Origin: Narcine bancroftii | Taxonomy: Eukaryota | DNA: 60,292 nt | Direction: 5' to 3' | NCBI RefSeq assembly: GCF_036971445.1 | Contig: NW_027212176.1 | Coordinates: 1 to 60,292 of the forward strand | Shown here: positions 22,560-34,641 of the stretch, piece after piece | Position numbering within the stretch: position 1 is the first letter of the stretch | Layout: each line of letters begins with the position of its first letter | The notes under the pieces: generated by a model | The model's input: the letters and a program-made list of their open reading frames with translations, nothing else | Told to the model about the DNA's origin: nothing | Databases searched by the model: none | Position numbers and translations under genes: made by a program

Positions 22560-24116
22560 CAATAACCGAATTGTAATGTCTGTGTAAAGTCTTTAGGTAG
22601 GGGAGCACCATGAAGGTCAGGGGAGTGAGTCCAGCTGCTTATTAGGGTTTGGAGTATCAGGCTCCAGTTCTCAGTAAAGAGTCTAGTCCATCCCATACGT
22701 TGAAATATTGAAGCAGTGTCTTTGAAGCACACGACCTTTGTAAGTGTTGTCCCGACGAAGTCTGTGAGAGGCGCTGCCTTCAGCAGCGAACGAGTAGCAG
22801 TAGTCAGGCGGTTCCGTTTGATTGTGGCTAGTATCTGATGTCCTCTTCAGCCCCGAACCCTAGGGCCACCGATCTCCGAAGGCTGTTTGGAGCCTGATAT
22901 TAAAGTGTCAAGCAGCTCACGTTGTTGGAAACTGGTGCTCCCCTTCATGGGGTGATGAAAAGTGACCAAGCAGGGGGGGGATTGTTTCTTGTGATTTAAC
23001 TGTGTGTTGCAGCTTGTCTGCTAACATTAGCATATGTGTCAACTCTCTCTCTCTCTGCTACATGTACAATCCTGACTACCATTCTGTCTGTCTTTGTCCC
23101 ACCATGTCCTTTGTGAGGATTTTGACACCCTGCACTCTACTTCGCTCCTTTCCACGTTATATAAGCACCAGATGAGCAGCAGCTCCCTGAAAACAGGTGT
23201 TCCCCTTCAGGGATGATCAGAGAGAGAGAGCCAGGTGGGGGATTATGTGTCTCGTGGTTGTGTGAAGTGTCTGTTTGTTTTGCGGTTAGCTTGTTAGTTT
23301 CCCCCTTTGTGTGAAATGTACATTGTTTGTTTTGCGGTTAGTCTGTGTACACAGGTGCCTCACTGTGTGACTGCCTATCCCCACTGTGTTTCCCTGATCC
23401 GTATTCTAAATACCTTGCCTCTATGCCCTCTCTAGCCTGTAAAACAGTACAATCTGTAACCTCTGCTACCCCTTCTCCAGAAGTACTTAAAACATCGAGA
23501 GTACTCCACTAAAGCTGTTTAATTCCCCTGGTCCGTATTGGGATCCCTTATATCCCATTATGACTATACATTAAATCTATGCCCTGTCTACATTCTAAAG
23601 GAGCTGAATTGTAACCTCTGCTGCCCCTATTCCAGGGGGGCTTAAAACATTAACGAACAATATTCCAAAGAAATTAGTAAACAACAATGAAGAATACATG
23701 TAAGCTCATTAAAATACAATAAGAACTGAATAAAACACAAAAAATGTAAAGCTCATTGAAAACTGCAATAAAATGCAAGAAGAACTGAATAAAACCACAA
23801 TAAATGTCAAACTCATTGGAAACTGCAATAAAATACAATAAGAACTGAATAAAACACAATAAATGTAAAGCTCATTGAAAACTGCAATAAAATGCGAGAA
23901 GAACTGAATAAAACCACAATAAATGTAAAGCTCATTGAAAACAGCAATAAAATACACAAAACTGAATAAACCACGATAAATGTAAAGCTCATTAAAAACA
24001 GCAATAAAATACACAAAAACTGAATAAACCACGATAAATGTAAAGCTCATTGAAAACAGCAATAAAATACACAAAACTGAATAAACCATTAAAAAAAACG
24101 AATAAAATTGTAACAT
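22560..24116 (-). pseudogene. env: ERV-C1 env remnant
   Basis: ATG at 24116 overlapping the pol stop (TAATG); Cys-containing SU start; degenerate ISD-like region near 22780-22830; homologous to ERV-B env. Confidence 0.65.
23690..24110. repeat. AT-rich tandem repeat, about 57-60 bp x 7, inside the env 5' end
   Basis: Unit like AATAAATGTAAAGCTCATTGAAAACTGCAATAAAATACAATAAGAACTGAATAAAACAC. Confidence 0.92.
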
Positions 24117-25659
24117 TATGGCACTTTGTCATTAATTCTTTGAATGTGGGTCCAGCCTTTCTCTCTTGTTCTTACTGCGGTGTCTGTAATTAAAAGTACA
24201 CAGAAGGGACCATCCCAGGCAGGTTTTAGTTGATCCTCTTGCCATGCTTTTACATATAACCAATCACTAGATTTTAATAAAATGAATAACAATCTGACTT
24301 TCCTTTGTGTTAGTGTAAAAATTGTAAAATGAAACACAAACCATATTTGCATGGGTTTTGAATATGTTAGACCTTATTAAAATGCAGTTGGAGCTGCTTG
24401 TCTGTATGGGGCACAACCCTCCAATTTGTTAGAGTGAGTACATAACAGACATTGCAGCACAAGAGCCCCTGCAAGAGAACTTGAAACATATTCAACCTTT
24501 AGTTCTGCCTTAAGTAAAATGCCTTGTGCCACAGCTCACAGGAGCTGGCCTTATTTAAAACAGTCTGTAAAACAGGCACCAAAAAAAGTTAAAAGATGTT
24601 CTTATGAAGATTGCACACACAATAATTTAAGTACAGGCTAGTTTCTATTATATTCCACTTAAAAGTTCTGCTGCATGAATCCTGGAGCTTGTGGAGTCAT
24701 TATTGAATCAAGAAATATTGGTACCATGCCAATCTCATTCTAACATGCCAATTTCTCCAGTCCTTAAGTCAAGATGTACTGAATAGCATCTGGTACAAGA
24801 TCTGTGAGTTCTTAATGATATTATTCTTATGCACCCAATTGTTCTGAACTATGCCACCAATTTAAATCATATTCCACCTATTGCAATACTCACACAGCAC
24901 CATAGACCAGTTCGCAGGTTTATTTCTCCATTAAGCTGAATCCAGTTGCGCAGGGTTTACCTCCGTGATTATTTACAATGTAACTTCCGCACTACCGGAT
25001 TTAAATATAAACCTGATGAATAGGGAAAGTTATCATGAATTAAATAACAGCGGCAATACAGAGAAATTGTGCTGAGGCATTAATTTCACTCCGGAGGAAA
25101 ATGCACCAGAGAAATGAATGATTAAACTTGTAGGAATCCCCATAGGAATCCCCAGAGGTATCTTTATTCTCCAGAGGTGGGTGATCTTTAAACTCACGGA
25201 CCTTGACTGCTGAATGTGTAGAAGAAATGTATTAAATGTGTTGATAGGGCTCCATACCTCTAACTGCAAGACAAGAGCCTGAAGCCTCAATTTCAAGTGC
25301 CACAGTGCACTTAAAGGGACATGCACACTCCCCCTTCAACTGGCTGATCCAGCCACTTTACACATCAGATCCTTTCTTTATCTCACATACACTTAAAGTT
25401 AAGATGTATAGAACTCACCCTATTTGCGCAAACATTTCTCCCTGCAAATGTTATAATATCACTCAACTCTCAGGTACTCCCTGTGCAAAATCACATTTAA
25501 ATACAATTTATTTCATAAATTGGAATTAATTGGTAGTTAAATTCGCTAATTCTACAGTATTGAAAAACGATCATTTATGACATTTAATTTTTAGCATGAA
25601 TTTTAATCAATATTGGTCAGTGACTGAAGTGGGAAGTCGTGATTTATGAAATTATCTCT

Positions 25660-26835
25660 GGTCTCTACTCTCCCACTCCCTGCACTTCTCCCAACATTCA
25701 GGAGCTGGCACACAGTCCCTGCCTTTTTTCATGTTACTCATCTACTATTCCTTTAACTGCTTGCATCAAAATGTTAGCCTTTGCTTTCTGCTTATCCTCA
25801 GATGTCTGGACAAATGCTTTTTGTGTGATCTGTAGAAGCTGGGTTATTCCCTGCTCATGCCAATTTTCTGTCTTTTGTAATTTTCTCTTAATGTCTGGGG
25901 CTGAGTTGGTAACAAAACCTGTTAGTACCAATTGTTCCCCTGCTGGGGATTCTATGTCGAGACCCCCATATTGTATATATATTTGGTCCCAAAAATTGGT
26001 CTAACTGTTCGGCACATCCCTGGGGATCTTCTATCAGGGAGGTCAGTTCTTTCTTAAAGTTACACACTTCAGTACTGGTCAGGGGCACATTTACGAAACC
26101 GAGACCCTCTCTCATGGGAACTTCCCGCAGTGGTCTCATCCAATTGGTTTCTGGCTTATTAGGTCTGGGTTCCTGCTCCCTGGGAAATGAATCAAAGGGT
26201 TCTGCCCTTTCTTCCTGAAGAGTCTCACGCTGTTCTGAATTAAAGTTACCTCTCTCTCCTGCCAACAGAGGTGGTAATCGAGTGCTTTGTGAGCAAGTTA
26301 TCATACCACTCCTGCTCTCTTCTCTCTTCTCTAGTGGTGGGGGAGGTGGGGAAGGTGCAGAAGGGTAGGCAATAGGAGGGGAAGGAAAGATAGGAGCCGG
26401 CATAGGAGGAACATAGGGTGGAGGGAGGGAATGTAACACATCCCAACCCTGTGATTCAGGGACAAGAGGTTCCTCCTCTCTCTTATCCCTGGATTCTTTC
26501 TCATTCAAAACCAGCTGTTCAATGGATCCCTTGAGCCAGCAGGCTGCATATTCCCTGCTCTCAACATTGTCTGGCTGGTTTTGATAGAGCCATAAGTTCA
26601 AAGCTTCACACATCCATTCATCCTCGGATCCGAATTTTGGCCAGTACACGGAGCTCCCTTTAACCGGGTATCCCACCCATTCATTACAACAATACCTGAC
26701 CGTCGTCAGTTTGTCTTTACCGCGGGTCTTTCCTGTGCCCCACTCAGATAACATCATCCCAAGCGGGCTGTACGTAGCTATCTGGTGGTCACGTCCTGTG
26801 TCAGGACTCTCATCTCTACTGCCCGCTATTCCCAT
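25660..26835 (-). pseudogene. gag: ERV-C1 gag (MA, late-domain region, partial CA)
   Basis: MGIAGS myristoylation-type start, WPKFGSED, PPPY and PSAP, PLREVP..GFVNVPLTSTEV.NFKKE; internal CA deletion with frameshift to GFVTNSAPDIKRKLQK. Confidence 0.88.
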
Positions 26836-27759
26836 ACTTAGGAACAAGTAAAATACTCTTACCGAGTTCTGGCAGTACTGCTCTAGCGCGCGTCCTTCCG
26901 CCGTTTGTTCTCAATGCCTCTTCTCGGATATCACTCGCTTCTTCCACTGACCAGCCACCCGTCGCCCGTGAGTCCAGCTGAATCAGCCGGGGTGCACCTA
27001 CTCTCGTCGTCGGGGTACTCTGTCAGTGGAGGGAGTGTGATCCCGGGCGAGCCCCCATTTGTTAGGAATTAAAGTACCTTTAAAGAAATTGCTCGAGACA
27101 AAAATTGAGAACAAAGAACATTTATTACTACAACAATGCAAAGTTGGGTGCTTCCCCTTACCCTGGGAATACACACACACACTGGGGCTCACCCAACTTT
27201 TATACAGTTGATTTCAGTGTAGGAATACCCTCCCCCTTACATTCTTCTGCCTCCTGCTGGAGAGGTTTGGCATTAGGCAATCCTGCCTGCCTACGTGCAA
27301 TTTCAGTATACTTGGAGAACCAGGGGGGGGTATCCTGTCGGTGTCCCTTCATGTCATTGTCCTTATTCACACCTTCCTGATTCTCGGGGCTACAGTCTCT
27401 TGATATGCAGAGTTGACTCATTCTATCTAGGGTTGGCTAATTTCATATGTATAAATCTGTGTATGGTTAGCTAATTAGAAATGTATGACTTGGTACTTCT
27501 GTCCAGGGCTAGGAGACCCTTATCTGATCCAGACTACCTCAACTTCCTACATTCTATTGTACCTTACCATTCCTTATCTTAGTCCTATGGTCTTGTCACA
27601 AAGGATAGAAGATTCTTATGTTAATCGTGCTGACTCTGCTTTCCTGCATCCTAAGCCCCAAACTTATCCTGTTTGAACTGGTTACAGCCATTTTACTGAT
27701 GAACTTCAGTTTCTTCCATGTTCATAATTTTAGGTCAATTTTCCCATCTCTCACACCCT

Positions 27760-27880
27760 GGCCCATTCTCCTTCTCCTCTCTCCCCCCTGCCTCCCTCTG
27801 CCACTATTTTATCCAGGTGCCTATCTGTTTTTTGCTCAACCTTGACGAAGGGCTGAAGCCCGAAATGTTGGTGACTCTTT
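27760..27880 (+). mobile_element. Penelope-like terminal repeat remnant, split by ERV-C1 (other half about 21630-21683)
   Basis: CCTTGACGAAGGGCTGAAGCCCGAAATGTTGG resembles the CTGAnGA-stem-GAAA motif of Penelope pseudo-LTRs. Confidence 0.5.
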
Positions 27881-27888
27881 ACTTCTCT

Positions 27889-27947
27889 GTGGTTAGAGCA
27901 CTGGTCTTGTAAACGAAGGGTCATGAGTTCGTTCCTCGCTGAGGCCT
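27889..27947 (+). pseudogene. 5'-truncated tRNA-Thr(TGT) pseudogene
   Basis: GTGGTTAGAGCACTGGTCTTGTAAACGAAGGGTCATGAGTTCGTTCCTCGCTGAGGCCT; anticodon TGT 27908-27910; 5' acceptor strand missing; stem mismatches. Confidence 0.8.
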
Positions 27948-28327
27948 CATTTCTGCGAGGGGTGCTTGAAAAAATTGCGACTCTCCTTATGGTGGACAAA
28001 GTTAAAGAATTTCATGTATGTTACATTCTAAACGTAGTATTACTTGACAATAATGGAACCTTTAACTTCCTCTGGATGCTACGTGACCTGGTGTGATTCT
28101 CCAGTACATTGGTGAGTTGCAAATTGACACCTTCCTCTGGTTACTTATAGTGAATTCTGTGTGGGGAAGGGCCCATGAGTCATTTATCCAGTATGAAAAT
28201 GACTGAGGGATCAGAAAGAAATTGGGAGGGTCGCATCGAGGCAGACAGCATCCTTGGAGAGAAATTGTCAGGTCACATTTCAGCTCAAAACAGTTCAACC
28301 CTTGATGATAGAGTTTATGGTCATATA

Positions 28328-29465
28328 CAGTAAAATCCCTGGTATCTGGCACCTATGGGAATTGGTAGATGCTGGATAAGTGTACTATCCGGTTGCTTGA
28401 GACAGTCTGACAATGCCTAACTAATACACCTGTATTAAGAATAAACATTTTTTAAAAGACAAAAATACTACACTGTACTTACACTGAACAAACTTCACTT
28501 GCATGAATATATAAAACTTTAAGCTTTTCACTTTATTTTCAGTCACATTCTTTGAAAACATTTAACTGTCGCTGCATCTGCAGGTTCCTCCCCCTCCATG
28601 GAGCCGCCTGATAGACGGATAAGGATAAGGAGACACTTTAATGGCGAGCAGCATCGACCGGCTCTTCATCCTGTGAGAGATAATAGAATATAGGAAGTAA
28701 AGCTAGTATGAATGAAATAAAGAATACTAGACTAGATTAGAGGAAGTTAAGTAAGTGCTGAGTAGGGATGAATTCCGATAAGAGTGTGAGGAAGGGTTAC
28801 GCAAGTATAACAGAATAAGGGTCTTGTAGTGATAGCAAGTTCTGCAGAATTATTTAGTAAGTCCTGGGGGTTGAGATGTGTGAATAAGGACAAAGGCAGA
28901 TTCATGAATAAGGACAATGACATGATGGGACCCAGACAGGATACCCCATGGTCTTTCAAGTTTACAGAAACTGCACGTAGGCAGACAGAATTACCAAATG
29001 CCAAACCAATCCAGGAAGCAGAAGAATGTTAAGGGGGGGAGGGTACCTCTACACTGAAATGAACTGTATAAAAGTTGGGTGAGCCCCAGTATGTGTGTGT
29101 ATTCCCATGGTAAGGGGAAGCACCCAACTTTGCACTGTTGTACAATAAATGTTCTTTGTTCTCAATTTTTGTCTCGAGCGAAATGTGTGAAGGTACTTCT
29201 GTTTCTCACAATCCCGGGGATGACGCCATTTTATTCAAACACAACTTTATTCAAACAGCTGCTACAAGCAAAGACTGGCCAAGGCTGAATGTTGGCTTCC
29301 ATCTTCACTGATAATTTATGTGTTACTTCAGAGAAATTTACTTTTAGAATTTTAAATGTGCGTATTTTTTACCTATTATTTTATTCTTATTTATTTTCCT
29401 TGAATTTTTTGCCGGTTGCTTGAGGCTGGTGATTGCTTGAATTCTGGATACCCAGAGGTTTTACT
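28328..29465. mobile_element. Non-autonomous Tc1/mariner-type element interrupted by a solo LTR
   Basis: TA|CAGTAAAATCCCTGGTATCTGG start and TCTGGATACCCAGAGGTTTTACT end; same family as the 21286-21485 MITE. Confidence 0.6.
28672..29210 (+). mobile_element. Solo LTR of the tRNA-Pro ERV group
   Basis: TGTGAGA...TCTCACA, TSD ATCC, TATAAAA and AATAAA; R-U5 shared with ERV-B/C LTRs. Confidence 0.93.
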
Positions 29466-30807
29466 TCACCTGTATCAAAACACTTGCTGCAGCAGAATAA
29501 GGAGTTTATATTTAAAAAAACCCAACTGTAATTGTGTGCTTTACACTTGGAAGCAATAACGAGTACACAAGATCGATAGATAATCAATTATCCCTGCGTG
29601 ATGGCAGTGCCAGGACGAACGAGAGAGGGAGGCGTCTTCCAGAACTCCTCCGCAGGGTCCTACTCCCCTGTGGGGCCATGGGGTGGTTCGGAGCACCCAT
29701 TCTCAATGGGAACTTGGCTTCCACCAACCGAGTGAAGGTAAAATCAATGCTGGAGAAACTCAGCAGGTCAAGCAGCGGACTTTATGCAGCAAAGGGACAG
29801 ATGGATCACCACCGCTTCGGGCTTGACCATGGTATTTAAGAGAAAGCCTTGCTTTCTTTTCACCTCACGTAACGTAAATATATTTTTACATCATCGGTAA
29901 GAGAGAAGTACAGAAGAAACAAAAACCTGACTGCTTCACGGGGAAGGGGCCCATAAACATTGAGCAGTTACACCTGCATTAAGAATAAACAGTTTAAAAG
30001 ACAAAAAAAATACTCTACCAAACAAACTTCATATGCAAGAATATATAAACCTTAAAGCTTTTTACTTTATTTTCAGTCACATTCTTCGAAAACATTTAAC
30101 CGTGTGGTTCTCTGAAGCAATCCAATTTAATACATAATTATACTTACTGTACTGCCAATAACCACAGCAGCGGTGCGAATATAAGACAGCTTTAATAAAC
30201 TAATATGTACACTAAGAGGTCTTGTCTCTCTGCAAGACAAACCTGGAAGTCTAGTCTGTAGCTCTGGACTGCTTTATTTCCAAGGTCACCGGGATGACCC
30301 CTGGTGCCCTAGTGGTGTAATTACACATCAACACACTTTTCAGTAATTGTTTTAGTGGGGTCTGTGTTCTCTCAGTTTCTGATGCCTTGTGCCTCTCCAA
30401 TGCATGGGTTCTCCACTACACTGGACTGGCAGCCTTGTGGCTGTGGAGGTGAAGAGGAGCAGGAGGCTCCTACATCCAGGAGGTGGCGGGGCTCGTGGAC
30501 ACTCAAAGTCTCTGACGGAGTGGCCTCTTCATGGGGGGGGGGGCAACCAAAGGTGACAGGGGGCTTCGTGGTTCGTGCAGCACCTTTACAGTGCCAGCGA
30601 TCAGGACCGGCGGTCCAAATACCCATTCTGTCCGTAAGGAGTTAACGCGTTCTCCCCATGTCTGCTGGGAAGGGGGCTCCACTTTACTCCCACTGTTCGA
30701 AACGTACCGGGGGATGTAGGTAAATGGGGTGTAAATCGAGCAGCAGAGACTCGTGGGCCAAAATGGCCTGTTACCGCGCTGTACGTGGTAATGGAAGATT
30801 TAAACTG

Positions 30808-31536
30808 TGTCTTTTACTGCAAGGCTGAGAACTTGCCTGTTTTTTTTAGAATTAGTAGACACATCTAAATTCCACCATGGGGCCCAGGGTGCAGTTGAAT
30901 AGGAAGACCTTATCTATTTTACACTTATGAGGCCCAGAGCAGTTTACATTTGTTGGTCACAGACTGTCAGGAGACCTTGAAGATACTTAAACCATTTGTT
31001 CAAAGAGATAGGATTTGAGGTAAACAACTTTTGGGATGATATGAGCCATTGTCACACTTCTGAAGTGAGAGACTCTCCAAGAGGTGGCAACATCTCTCAG
31101 CAAGAGGAAGATAATAAACCATTTGTTCAAAAAGATAAGATCTGTAAACAACTTTTGGGTAATATAAGCCCTGGTCCCACTGCTGAAGAGAGAGACTCTG
31201 GAAGAGGTGGCTACATCTCTCAGCAAGAAGAAGAACTTCAAGAGTCCAGCTAACGACCCGGTCGAGGGAAGTAGAGAGGCTGCTACCGGCGCCCCAACAA
31301 CCTACTACAAGTGTGCAGTCATTGCCTCGCTTTGGCAGTTGGGACCAGTCCAGGCATTGATAAGTATAATTGGGAAGGGCTTGCATATTGTAGTGTGAAT
31401 TCAGCTTTAGATTTAGTTATAAAGACTTGTATAATCTGAACTGCTCTCGCTGTGTGTGTCTATTTTCTTTCGGTAGCTCAAACACTGTGACCAATCTAAA
31501 ATGAACAAAATGAGAGGTATAAGTTTACCCAAGACA
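30808..31536 (+). mobile_element. Probable solo LTR with an internal duplication of about 128 bp
   Basis: TGTCTT...AAGACA termini, ATAAAG followed by a GT-rich tract; ACCATTTGTTCAAA unit at 30990 and 31118; TSD not evident. Confidence 0.45.
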
Positions 31537-32914
31537 TACGTCTACATTAAAAAATTTATATCAAAAAATGGAATCTTTAATCTTGAATGAGAATCAGGTT
31601 TATTATCATAAACATATGTCACGAAATCTGTTTTTATTGGGGCAGCATAATTACAGGAACAAGAATTGTGATAAATCCCATTTCTGTAAATAGACAATTA
31701 AAAAATATACATAATTTAGTGCAAAAGGAGAGAAAGAGTGAGATGGTGTCTGCTATTCATTGTCCATGCAGAAGTCTGATGGCGGAGGGGAAGATGTCCG
31801 TGTGCTGATAGATGCCCTGAGATTTGGTGCAACCAGTGAGCACTAAGGGCATTTAAAAGTCTATTAGACAGGCACATGGATGCAAGGGAAACAGACGGTT
31901 GTGGGGGGTGGGATGAGGTGGGGAAGGGTTGGTTTGTTGAGCAGCTTTACGTGGGTCAGCACAACATCGTGGATGGAAGGGGCTGGAACACGAAGGTTCA
32001 CAGACACCGTGGTCAAAGTAAAAACACAAGGCTGGAGAAATTCAAACAGCGTCCTTTATACAGTACATAACCAGGGTCTGTCTTGCACTGAGATGTTCTA
32101 TGTTCTAAACCAGTGGTTCTAAACAGGTGCTCTGGTGTTAATAAGGGATTACTTCAGGTGCTATGGGAGTGGAAAATGAAAGTTGAGACAGTGGCATCAC
32201 CAGTGGGGTAACTCCTGGTGCCACGCACCCCCCCCCCCCCCCCCGCTCCATGGACCTCATCCCGTACCAGACTGTACAGAATCCTTAGTAATGTTTTTTG
32301 TACCAATGTCACTCATAAATGGTAATTCCCATCTATCACTGAACGTAACGGCGACAGCAGTGAGATAAATCACCAGAAAATCTGACAAAAGCAGCGACTC
32401 TAAAAACACCGGCAGCTGCAAAAACAACAGCGCTTGCTTGTGCAGACAAAACCATGTGATTCGAAGTGTCGTTGTCATTGGGTCATAACGACAGCTCTGA
32501 CTTGAGGTTCAAAAAGTAAATGAGCATCGAGTTTTAGCCACGTCACCTGGGCTTACGGAAAATGTTTTTATGATAACTAACGACAGGAATATTTTTATAA
32601 AAAATAATACATTTCTTCTAAAACCCTGGACAAAAAATTTATAGACAGTCATTCTAGTTTCACCCCCTCTGACTCCAATGACAATAGGGGCATCAAAGAG
32701 ACTCTTAGACAGCCACATGGACGCAAGGAAAACAGAGGGTTGTGGGGGGGTGAGGTGGGGAAGGGTTAGATTGCTGAGCAGTTTATGAAGGCCAACACAA
32801 CATCGTGTACTTAAGGGCCTGGAACATGAAAGTTCACAGACACCGTGATCGAAGTGAAACTCAAAGCTGGAGAAATTCAAACTGTGTCCTATTATCTTGC
32901 AAAGATAAAGATAC

Positions 32915-33934
32915 AGTGACAGATTATGTTATATTTTATATCGATATGTTTTAAAAGAGATAAATTATGGCAGGTTTTTTTTAGTTAGGTCACACACAGT
33001 CACAAACACTTCAAAACAGATCTCATTTAAAATGCCAGAGCTCTGCTCAAGCCAGACAGTCCCTTTGAAAAATTTTTGAAAAATGCCTATAAAAACTTCA
33101 TAAGTAGGTGTTAATTGGACCTGCTGTGGAGTAATGGATCATAGTTTTGGAAAGCAGCAGATGAACGGACTCAGAAGTTTTGGTCTGGAGCCGCAGTATG
33201 ACTGAGTGCAGTTGGCTCTTCTAAGAGGGTCATGTGATTTTCTTTGAGCGTGTGTTTGTATGAGAAAGAGAGAGAATTCAGTTCTACAGTTCAGCAGCAG
33301 CAGCTGGGACTGGAACAGGACAAGCTGGCAAGCTTGTGGAAAACCCCATTTTGAAGACGGTTTATGAGTACTTAGTTCAGCCTGGTCAAAGCAAGAGGAG
33401 AGGACTGGTTGTCTAATGTTTCACTTGAAATAAGTGAAACAAGAAGAAACTCTGTGGTGACCTGAAAGAAAGAGGTTATCATCTGGAGAACTCTGATGGG
33501 GCAAGTTTTGTCAGTAAGACACTGAAGTGATTTAAAGAAATCAGTTTTGTGGGTGTCCAACGAACAACAAATCTCTCTCTGAAAACTGACAAGAACCTTC
33601 CTTAGTGGTAACAATTTACCTTTCAAGCACCATAGCCTGGTGAAGATCCATATATGTTAAATTCTGTGCACGGTATAATAATTGCCTGCAACCAGTGAAC
33701 TTGGTGGAGTGAGAAATGAGATTGGACTGTGAATCAAAGTACTTTTCTTGAACTTATACACACATTACATACACGTGCACTTAGAATCAGAAGAGGGTTG
33801 TTAATAGTAATGAGTTATAGTTTGATCCTGGTTTCATGTTTAAAGATAATTAAAAGCAACTTTTGTTTAAGTAACCATTTACCTTGGTGAATACCTATTG
33901 CTGCTGGGTTTTGGGTTCCTCTGGGCCAGTAACA
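32915..33934 (+). mobile_element. Solo LTR (Gypsy-like), relative of 1902-2714
   Basis: Ends GTAACA; flanks ATAC/GTAC; absent from the local duplicate at about 32040-32100. Confidence 0.65.
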
Positions 33935-34641
33935 GTACATAACCAGGGCTTGCCTTGTGCGGAGATGTTCTGGTTGTTAGTCAGGGTGGTATGTGAGTGG
34001 GAGAGCACCACTGCTCGAGATCCAAAGTCCATTTTGGCCTGTCATTCACAGGACGGGCTCCACCCTAGGTTGAAAAGTCCCTGTTGGCTCCATCTCACAG
34101 ATTGGAACCCAAGTTTTGACCACCCCACAAGGGTTAATCTGCCAGTCCCCCCTCCTCTCTGCTCCCATCCTGTCTCCCTCCTCTCTCTCTCTCACCTCTC
34201 TCCCCTCTCCTCTCACCCTCCTCTATCCCCCTCCTCTCTCCCCCTCACCCCTCCTCTTTCCCCTCTCTCCTCTCCCCTCTCCTCTGCCAGTCTGCGCCCT
34301 CTGCCGTTCATTGACTGGGTGATTGTTATCCATGGAGGTAAATTGGTGACAGAAAAAAACCCTCCTCCAGCCGGCAACTACATCTTGCACGTCCCAGCTC
34401 CTGGAAGCCGAGGATTCCTGGTCCCCCCACCCACCCCTCCCGTCCCACTCTTGGATGAGCCGCGCAACCTCGCCGACCTGCTCCCTGGATTACACGGGCG
34501 CCGCTGCCAGGTTGTGTTCGGGGGGAAGGGGAGGGGGAGTCCGGTCCCAACCTCTTGCGGCATCACTCGTGTTGGAATATAGGGGTTAATTAATCATAGA
34601 AAATATGTAGAATATATGCTTATGTACTATTCAGTTTGTAT

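Larger units (their letters stand above)
21684..27755 (-). mobile_element. ERV-C1: class I (gamma/epsilon-like) non-autonomous provirus, tRNA-Pro primed
   Basis: 696-bp LTRs 21684-22379 and 27060-27755 (apparently identical), TSD CCCT, PBS TGGGGGCTCGCCCGGGAT at 27040-27057, PPT next to 22380, truncated gag, integrase tail, env remnants. Confidence 0.95.

Noticed and set aside
27889-27947. Functional tRNA-Thr or SINE head
   Set aside because: 5' acceptor strand and part of the A box are missing, stems are mismatched, and no TSD-bounded SINE body is evident
30106-30333. Possible additional short solo LTR
   Set aside because: TG...CA ends are plausible but there is no TSD or second copy to support it
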